Part shown: positions 55,001-64,000 of the stretch, piece by piece
Numbering within the stretch: the first letter of the stretch is position 1
Layout of the letters: each line of letters opens with the position of its first letter
DNA from: Trichoplax sp. H2
Lineage: Eukaryota
Length of the DNA: 64,000 bases
Direction of reading: 5' to 3'
NCBI GenBank assembly: GCA_003344405.1
Contig: NOWV01000132.1
Location: 124,001-188,000, forward strand
The notes under the pieces: generated by a model
Database searches by the model: none
Seen by the model: the letters and a program-made list of their open reading frames with translations, nothing else
What the model was told of the DNA's origin: nothing
Made by a program: the position numbers and the translations under genes

Positions 55001-56676
55001 CTACAAGAGATCATTTCATAGACTAAAGATAGGAAAGCTCAATTTTTTCCAAATGGAATTGGACTACAAAAACTGATATGGCCAAAAAAGTTGCTTTGCT
55101 CAGCGGAATAGAATAGAGACTGCAATGACAAACTCGTTCAAGGAAATAATTTCCCACTGTAGACAGTAGATAACAAGGCTATCGCTAGTTTGATTGCAAA
55201 ATGTAAAATCATTAATACTCTTTTAGCATCGCTGATCAGAATATGTATTGAAATTCATAAAGTTACTGTGGGAAACAGTTTCACCGACAAAAATTGTAAA
55301 ATGTGATGCCTTGATCATCTATTTATAATTTACTTGAGTAAATGAATGCTCTTGCACATTCCTCAAGTAATCTTACTTATAGGAGCTTCAAGAATCGTTG
55401 AAATCAATGCTGAATTGTTGTTATACCATCAATTTCACGGTATGGCGTGTATTACATATATCACCAATATCTCTTCACGCATACCGCAATTTCTTGGGTT
55501 TGTGCCAATAGCTGTCGTATCCATGTCTTTAATTTTTAGCAGCAGATAATACCGTACCATGAGAAAAAGCCAATAGCCATAACAATTTATTTTACTTGCT
55601 ATGACAGTTGCGTCCTCCATTCGTCCATCGCTCTAATATAGTTCATGACATGGATTGACTTATTTTTTTCCCCCCAAATTTTCCTGTATCTACAATATAC
55701 GCGTATACCCGTATATAATTAATGAAATACTTTATTCAACAGCATCGCATTCAATTCACAAAAATCGAGTTCAATGCAAGTTATAGCCATGTTGCAGCAT
55801 CGACTTGTGCTAAGCTCGCCATTGAGTTGATAATCATGATTTTGCAAATATGAACGCAAAATTTATTGACAAATCTGCAATGCTTGCCACTACCATGGAC
55901 TCCTAAAGGTCTTCTTTTAGTAGTCCATGCTACTACCATGAATGACTCAATCTTGCCAATCCTTCCGTTGGCAGTAGTCATGGATGGAATGATCGCTATC
56001 CATCGTTTGAACGGATTTATTTATTTATTTTATTGACTACTATACTTATACGATGGACTATTGCTATACCGTGCTTGAAAGCCTTATTCATACACTACTA
56101 AATTCCCCGATAAATTTACTAGTTCTTGCCTTATTGTATCCAACAATTGTTATTATAATATTATGACGCAATGATTCCATAATTAATTAAGCAATTGCTC
56201 TAGTTGGCGTATTGTCATCCATTGGCATCTGTTGCCCTGCAATTTATCCTATCGTACTCTGCAAGTAGGATGTAATTGGTGTTGGAAGTGATGGATGTGA
56301 TCAATGGCCACGATGAAAATTGAACGGGATTGATCGACGGTGATGATCATCTTATAATTCGTCTCGATAGTAAAAATAGGTTGGCTAGTCAAGTAGTGAT
56401 GATGATTAGAAGTGATTCTTGCTCTCTCTTTCGATCATATATGGTACAGCAGCATTGGATGTAATAGTGCACACAACTTGTCGATTCCCAAGCAATCATT
56501 TGCTTGCTCTAGCTTTAAACTAGTTTCAATAATGTACTTAGAAAGAAAACTGTATGAGATAGAAATAAACTTGACTGTAATCTAATCTCCATTTTTTTTT
56601 TTTACTTTCAATACATTAATTATTATTAAATCAATGTGAGATTACAACTTAATTATCTTAATTAGGTGGATAAAGG

Positions 56677-59472
56677 ATGAAGACGAAGATCCGCTCGATT
56701 TGTTATTTACCTTTAGTTATGCTATTGATGGTGGCCACTCATGCACAGCATGACGATAACGAGGCTGAACATCAACAGGATACTTCTCATGCATTTCTAC
56801 CTTCCAATACTGATCATATACAAGTTACTTCTTCAACTCATCGTAACCGCTACTTAATTTATGATGTCAACGATAGCGAAGGATTTAATCTAAGACGAGA
56901 TGTTTACATGCGAATAGCCAATTTAATTATTCAACTCAATCAACGCCAACACTATCATTGGACTTTGGTTCTTCCTCCTTGGAAGAGAATGTATCATTGG
57001 CGATCAACTCCATCTCCAAAGCAATTTCCTTTACCATGGAAAACATTCTTCGATATCTCAAGTTTAAATAAATTCATTCCTGTCATGGAATATCAAGATT
57101 ATATCAATCAATTTGGTCAAACCATTGATGAAATTATCTATTTACAACCCTATCCTGATCCATTTGAAGGCGGTCAATTTGTCGATAAAGTTGAAGAAAC
57201 CAATTGTCAATCTAATCAAAAATATAAATTAATGAATGGAAATTACTATGGCTATTTCTTTGGTCTGAAGGGTATTACTGCTCGAAAATTGCGCTGTATG
57301 TTGGCTCAAGGTATGACTAGTATTATCATTCCAAAATTGCAGCAGAGCAAAGCCAGGTAATGTCCGAATGAATTGAAGGTTAAAATTATGCTCCTTTTCA
57401 CTCTCTATAGCAACGATACAACAGCTCCATAAAAGCAAATTGACATACTGTAATAGTATTACTATCTTGCTTTAAAGCAAACTAGACAACATGGAGTCGT
57501 TTTTATGAAATAGTCTTACCAAATTTCTCTGACCTTTGCGTTGTAAAACTTGTTGATTGACTGTTGATGATAGCATCCATTTCCTGCAATGGCTAGAACC
57601 AAGAAACTTTCAATTACAATAATTGCCCCCTATAGTGTGTAGGCAGGGACTTTTAAGACTAATATTAGCCTTAAAAGTCCTTGGTATAGGCCTGTACCTA
57701 CAGTATTCTATGACTCTATCTGATTTCGCGTAAATTACAAAGTCTATCCCTTTCTTTATATCAAATTTACAATGCATGTTATATTTGCTACATACTCGTA
57801 TATTGATAGGCAAGGGTTAGGATATTCAGTTTTAGGTATGATCAGCAATTTTTAAGGTAAATCTTTCGTTAACTTAATCATACGTTGCAATCCATGAACT
57901 TTACTCTTTCCCATTGGAATGTATATTTTCCCTTCACGATTTTATTCTCTATGAGCTACTACACCTTTTTAGGTACGCTTATATTACAAAAATAGCACCA
58001 ATATTCCAATAACACAGTACGAGTTATAAGAATCGCAATGATGGGTTGGATAAGACATGTTACAAATGATGCTTTCTTTTCCAATGAAATGACATTGAAT
58101 CCAGGATTTATACAGTAGTCCCTATAGGCTGCTGTAATTTTTTAGACATATGATCAAAATATAATAATCATCAAGTACTAAAGAAATAATGACTAGGATA
58201 AATTATGTCACTACCGTGACTGATCCAGTCGTAACCTCTTGATATCCATTAATTTACTACAGCGTGTCCATAATTCTAACATAGCAGATCAATTTATTCA
58301 ATTTTTGCATTAACAACTTTTACCTGTAAAAGAGGGCAACCTCTTTGTGTCTTCTAAGTTAAAGATTTATAGCGTTTACCCGGCAAGGCAGAGGAAAATA
58401 TTTTATGCAAATAGAACTAATATCTGTAAATTTGTTTCTATTTTTTGTATTTTAGGCTAATATTACTTGATCGAGCCGAAAACTTGCTACACGAAGCATA
58501 TGGCCAGGTTGGCTACTGGAATGTAAGTAACTATTCTATTCTGAAGAGATGCATTGGAAAATTGCTAACTTATCAATCATACACATTTCACTTCAATTAC
58601 AGCGCTCTATAAACTTATTGAACTCAAAGTTGTAATAATATTTACGGTTACGTTAGCTTTTTGAAATAGAGTACTAGCAGATATACTCGTAAATGCAATA
58701 GTTTGAATGCTAATTCAAGATGACCTCAAAATAGCTAAAATGAGAAAATTACTCCTTATTTTTTATAGTCTAGAAGAAGTTTAGTATTTGCTCAACATTT
58801 ACGTGATGAAGGTAATCGCTATCGCCAAGAAATTTTGAATTCAACGGATGAACAAGATCATATTGTAAGGCATTCAGACTGGCGATTGCTGAATGTAAAA
58901 AAGAGCAAAAAGAGAGGTGGTAATTATTTGGCCGTTCATTTACGTAGAAGAGATTTCTTGCAAGGCCGCAAAAATGATATTCCATCTCTTGAAGAAGCCG
59001 TCCTCCAGATTAAGTCAGCTATGAAAAAAACGAATCTTTCCAAGGTTTTCCTCGCTACTGATGCTGAAGAATCAGGTTTGAATAGCATTCGAGACCAAAT
59101 GGAGATTATGCTTTGCTATGTTACTAGTTAGTACAGCATGAGGCCAATGCATTCCAAGTAATGTAGATTGACTAAAGTATTTCATTTACACCCACAGAAA
59201 TTGCTATATTAAAATCGAAGCTTCCTATCAACACCTACCAAGCTACACCTGATAGGATTCAACAATTTGGCGATGGTGGTATCGCAATTATTGATCAATG
59301 GATCTGTGCTCATGCGAAATATTTCATCGGCTCTAAGGAATCAACCTTTTCTTTCCGTATTTATGAAGAGCGAGAACTGATGGGTTTCAAGTCCAAAATG
59401 ACTTATAATCAACTCTGTAATCATCATCAATCAAATTGTGAAGGCCCTTCTGAATGGAAAGTAGTCTATTAA
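56677..59472 (+). CDS. POFUT2: GDP-fucose protein O-fucosyltransferase 2; 4 coding exons (56677..57356, 58456..58522, ~58769..59075, ~59198..59472)
   Basis: Signal peptide, RYLIYDVNDSEGFNLRRDVYMRIA, WTLVLPPW..YHWRS, LLDRAENLLH, GGNYLAVHLRRRDF, GDGGIAIIDQWICAHAKYFIGSKESTFSFRIYEERE, C-terminal CEGPSEWKVVY. Confidence 0.96.
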
Positions 59473-60964
59473 ATTCAAATCGATGAAAGCATAGGACTTT
59501 GATTCAAAATAAAATTGTAAACTGCACATGTCAAGATTATCCATCTGTGATGAAACAAAATAAAGCGACAAAGTATGTCTCAAGTTTAATGGTGTCATAG
59601 CATCTCTTCTAACTTCAAATTTAAAGAAGGGGAATCCATTTGATAATGACAGCAAATCGACCGCAATAAACTCACTTGCTTGCGAAATAGATGTAATAGA
59701 GTTAATTTCCTACGGTGTAATACAGCATTACAGTATTTCTATCGACACAGCATCCACATAGAACGATCGATCAATACAGCCATTGCATTTTAGTCATAAA
59801 CTTTGGTGCTTATTTTATTTCCTTATGCCTTTTTGGGTTTAGCGAGCCTGACCGCGTTTCGAATGCATCCACAACGGTTAATACCAGACACGACATTATT
59901 AGATAATAATAATATTATAATAACATGAGTAATAATATGAATCATCATAATAATATTATAGATAATAATATTAATAATATTAATAATAACATGTTTGATT
60001 TCAGAATGATATTACAACTGAACAGATCATAGCAAGTATCCATACAGGATGCGATAGTGCAAAAATTAAAGATATAATGAAATTAGAAATGATATAAAAA
60101 TGGCCATAACGTCATCAGATAATTTTGCATATAGTTTAGTTGAACAATTGTGACTTTAAAAAAGACATCGTGCACGCATTCAACATGGCTAGAAAGCGCG
60201 GATAAAATAACATCAATATTACAAATGCAAACATTGAATAAAACATGCATTAATGACAGAATCAACTGAATTTACGATATCAGCCGTTAATAAATACTTT
60301 TTGGTAGTCTCTTGGAAGGTTAGTGCAGAATATGGTCTGATGATGATGTTAAGCATGTTATAGGATTGGTTAATGAATTCACTGCACATAGCATATACTG
60401 TACAACAACGATATTAAATCATAATAATAACGTCATCTAATTGACTTTTGCTTTGCAGAATAATTCACTGAGTAATCTTTAGCGTTAACGATACCATATT
60501 CAGTACTAGTATTGTGAATTTGAGAAGATAATTTGTTGTGATTTATCGCAACTTGAGCATACATATAAAGTAGACCAAGAAAACAAACAGCAGCATAAAG
60601 CTGAAATTGAACGGTATAATTCTATCTCGTTGTAGAATAAAGAGTATAGAAAATGTATTAGAGGTAGGTAAATGTTTTTAGTATAAATGAAGAATAATCA
60701 TAGTAATTTTCTCTTTTTAAAGTAATCGGTTAATATGAAGGTTATGACGGCGAGTGAATAGAAATATTAAAGAAACATGCAAGCGGTAAAGATACTGTAA
60801 TTATACAGTAGTTAAGCGTTAGAAAAACATAGCCATGCTGTGCGTATTAAATCTGTGTCAGTCTTAGGAAGAAACAAAATAGTTAATAGAAAATTTGTCG
60901 TCTAATCTAATGCACTACCTATTTGATAAATAGATATAGGCATAGAATCGAATATGAAATATTA

Positions 60965-63601
60965 TCATTTATAATTAGACGGGGATTCAATGATCATAAC
61001 ATCGGGTGCATAAATTTCAATCGAATCGGACATTCTTTTAGGCACTCGTTTTCTGCCCTCCTTTTTCATTTCTTGTAACTGCTTTCTAAATAATTCCCTA
61101 ACTCTAGCTTTCTCTTCTGCCTGCGGTGAAGGCTGTGGTGGTTCAGTAGCTTGTTTCTCTACCGCTGATTGTCTAAGCATTACTTTTCGCTTACTAGATG
61201 AAGAAGTCTTAACAAGAGAAAATTCGACGTGTATTACACCATGAGTTATACATTGTACATATATTGAACGATTAATAAAAATTGAACTGTATAAAATTGA
61301 AAATTCTACTCTCGGGCTAACTTCCCAATTGGAAAAACTCATGGGAAATTGTAAAGCATCATAATCTACTTACTTTGACTACATTTTTACAATCATCATT
61401 TTCTGCCCAATCATTGTCTTTACAAAGTTGTAAACTCTTAAATGCCTCGGTAACACTATCAACCTAGTAGGAAAATAAAGGATTTCATCTCAATATGAAT
61501 TGAAAAGAAATGATAATGCAACGTATTCAATTAGGTGCAACGGTAATTTAAAAATCTATAATGTATGTTTAGTTCTCTTTTCACGTTTATGGTATCAATA
61601 TGGTGAAAATGACTTTTATTGCGATAGTTCTACAATGTTGCTAATTCATGGGTAAATATCTGCATATTTACAGTAAAAACAATACCATGATTATGTAATG
61701 TATGCGTATACAGTATAGCTTTAAGTAAGAAAATTTGCAAAATTATCGGTCTGTCGATGCCACTACTATCGATAGGTAAAATATTATTTAACACTTTGCT
61801 ATCGATTAGTCAACTTGTACCAATGTAAAAAAACACGCGAAAAAATTGCAAGCTAGCATCAATTTCCACTTGTCATGCATTGAAAAATGCCTAACTAAAT
61901 CATAATGTATACTGTACACGTCAAAGTGAAAGATGCTATCACAAACACCTACTTGGATTAATACCATATCCCAAAATCCTTGGAGATCGGATACTTTGGT
62001 TTCTCGACCATTTTCTACATCATCCTATAATATATCCGATTCGATTGATTGTATTAATATGGATACTATAGTATTCGTTATAAATGACAACATTAGCTCT
62101 TTTAATCGACACTATTATAGTGCATAGATATAATAGTCAAATCTTGGTTGTGATTTCTTGCATGAGCAATTTCTACTCTTCTCCATAACTATCACATTGT
62201 CTTTCTTAACATCAGTTGCAATAAAAAAAGCGACATACTCTTGGTGATAGCTAGTTTAAAGCTATGGTCAATTATCACACCTTTACAATGCTTACGTAAG
62301 CTATGCCATTTGCATGAAAGCATGATCTCAAATCTTCACAATGTACTCTATAACAGGTTGTGATAATTTGACGAGTCTAACATAACCAAGTACTACTGCC
62401 TCCTTCCACTGCTAGTTCTATGTCATACCGTAATATCGTCTACATACAACACTGCTCCATCTTAAGCTAGTATACTATTATTTTTAGCCATGATAAAAAG
62501 CTGCTAGTCACTGTAATATCTAGAAATGATTCATTATACTATTAGGGAAAATACTACAATATCGTCTACATGGATCACCATTATCGGTCTATTGAATCTC
62601 CAGCTACTACACAAAAACCGCTTTTAGCCATGATAAAATGTTCAAGACTATTCTAATCACTTGAATATCAATTACATTACCGAGTCTTAAGCTACTACAC
62701 AAAACTGTTGTTAGCCATGATAAAAGGTTCAACATCATCCTCACCACTTGAATATCAATTATCAAGATGTTGAAATGATCCATTTTACACTATTAGCGAG
62801 CGAGTATACTATACAGTATCGTTTACATGCATCACTAATGATCGAGTCTCAAGCTACTACACAAAAAGCATTTTTAGCTATGATAAAACATTCAAATGTA
62901 TCACTTGAATATCAAGATGTAGAAATGATTCATTTTTATACTATTAGCGAGCGAGTCTACTGCAATCTCGTCTACTGTACATGATGCATGCATCACCATT
63001 ATGGGTTTATCGAGTCTTGAGCTACTACATCAAAACCGTCTTAAACCATGATAAAAATATTGCAGACTATCCGAATTACTGGAATATTAAAATCTAGAAA
63101 TGATCCATTTTTTGTAGTTTTTCCATGTTATACCATTAGGAAGAAAAACTGCCGTCAAGACTATGGTAATGCTACTTGTATTCCATATGTAGTAATTTTG
63201 ATACAATGATTATAAGCGATAATATGAAAGCACTTACACTAGTACCACATAACTTCCTAAACTGTTGAAATTTCTTATTCAATAAAAGACCTGATTTGCC
63301 GATAGCAGCACGTATTCTTCCCAATGCTGTCCAATAACAACAATAATATGATGATGTTTTATAATTGATGAAACATTTTCATTCTGCTAGGTATCCATTA
63401 TGATGAATGCAAACACTAGTATTTCTATCCACTAGTGTCAAAAAATAGTGCTATGGTAAGGAAATGGATAGCAAGTACCATGTCGTTTTTACCTTCATCG
63501 GGGACATTTTCTTCATGAGCGACACCTTCCCAATATTGACAAAGACTTTTGAGTCTTTCTTCTTCCTTACAAACTATATCGAGGAAATAGTTTCTATCCA
63601 T
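60965..63601 (-). CDS. GKAP/SAPAP-homology (DLGAP family) protein; exons 63601..63493, 63326..63238, 62024..61953, 61463..61374, 61207..60965; 5' end uncertain
   Basis: Hand-spliced: MDRNYFLDIVCKEEERLKSLCQYWE..VPDEALGRIRAAIGKSGLLLNKKFQQFRKLC..ETKVSDLQGFWDMVLIQVDSVTEAFKSL..NDW. This is the GKAP/GH1 domain signature (IRxAxG..LL..KFxQF..LC; DLxGFWDM). All junctions are GT-AG and in phase. Mostly missed by the ORF track. Confidence 0.88.
62455..63110. repeat. About 5 degenerate units in a DLGAP intron
   Basis: gagtct(c/t)aagctactacacaaaa...ttagccatgataaaa and cacttgaatatcaa...gaaatgat(c/t)catttt recur. Confidence 0.75.
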
Positions 63602-64000
63602 TGATCTAATTTAATAGGTTGAAACAAAACACATTGCAAGTCAATTTAGGCATTTTCTATTGATGATGGTTGTTAGGCATAGGATAGGTTAACGAATAAA
63701 TTTTGAACCTTTTACAATATGAACAAAAAAAGTCAACCAAGCAATAACTCTTTTAAGCGTTAATCCTAAAGGGTAAAATCAACTAGAGGCTATAATCGTT
63801 TTTATTTCGTTGACATTGGATTTTTTCACTTGGACAATGGTATCGAGTTGTCAATAGCAGCTGGTTTTAAATGATAGCTTATGCGTCAAGGTAGAGATGC
63901 TTTCTGTATGCCTCATGAATGGCACTAATTTCATCAAAAAGCTCATCTAACCAAGCTATTATTGTCATTAAAGCAGTAGGATAGGAAATTACCACTCCTA

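Noticed and set aside
59895..59990. (AAT)n-rich tract; also (TG)n at ~24816-24833 and tatac repeats at ~22203-22260
   Set aside because: Ordinary microsatellites.

Overview
AT-rich, intron-dense genomic DNA from an early-branching or invertebrate animal. Gene content and compact introns resemble a placozoan such as Trichoplax, but that identity is an inference. Nine multi-exon genes can be assembled by eye: TRPM2-like channel (-, 3' end outside the window), SPAG16/PF20 (-), separase (-), metaxin-2 (+), cytosolic HSC70 (-), COA3/CCDC56 (+), MCM6 (-), POFUT2 (+) and a GKAP/SAPAP-domain DLGAP gene (-). There are no prokaryotic features, CRISPR arrays, tRNAs/rRNAs or transposase ORFs. Highlights: two U12 (minor spliceosome) introns, in SPAG16 and COA3; a 2-kb palindromic 38-bp satellite with a 529-bp higher-order repeat that begins inside the first splice donor of metaxin-2; a 33-bp hairpin minisatellite with open CxxC-repeat frames; ACAGT/ACTGT pentamer clusters near promoters; recognisable HSE/TATA/Inr, E2F and RFX-like motifs upstream of the expected genes; a DLGAP that keeps the SAPAP SIEIY motif but lacks the Shank-binding QTRL tail; and several genes whose human orthologs flank Hox clusters although no homeobox is seen here. 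All gene models are manual and have no transcript support. I found no clearly new biological system; the repeat and pentamer observations are the best unexplained signals.
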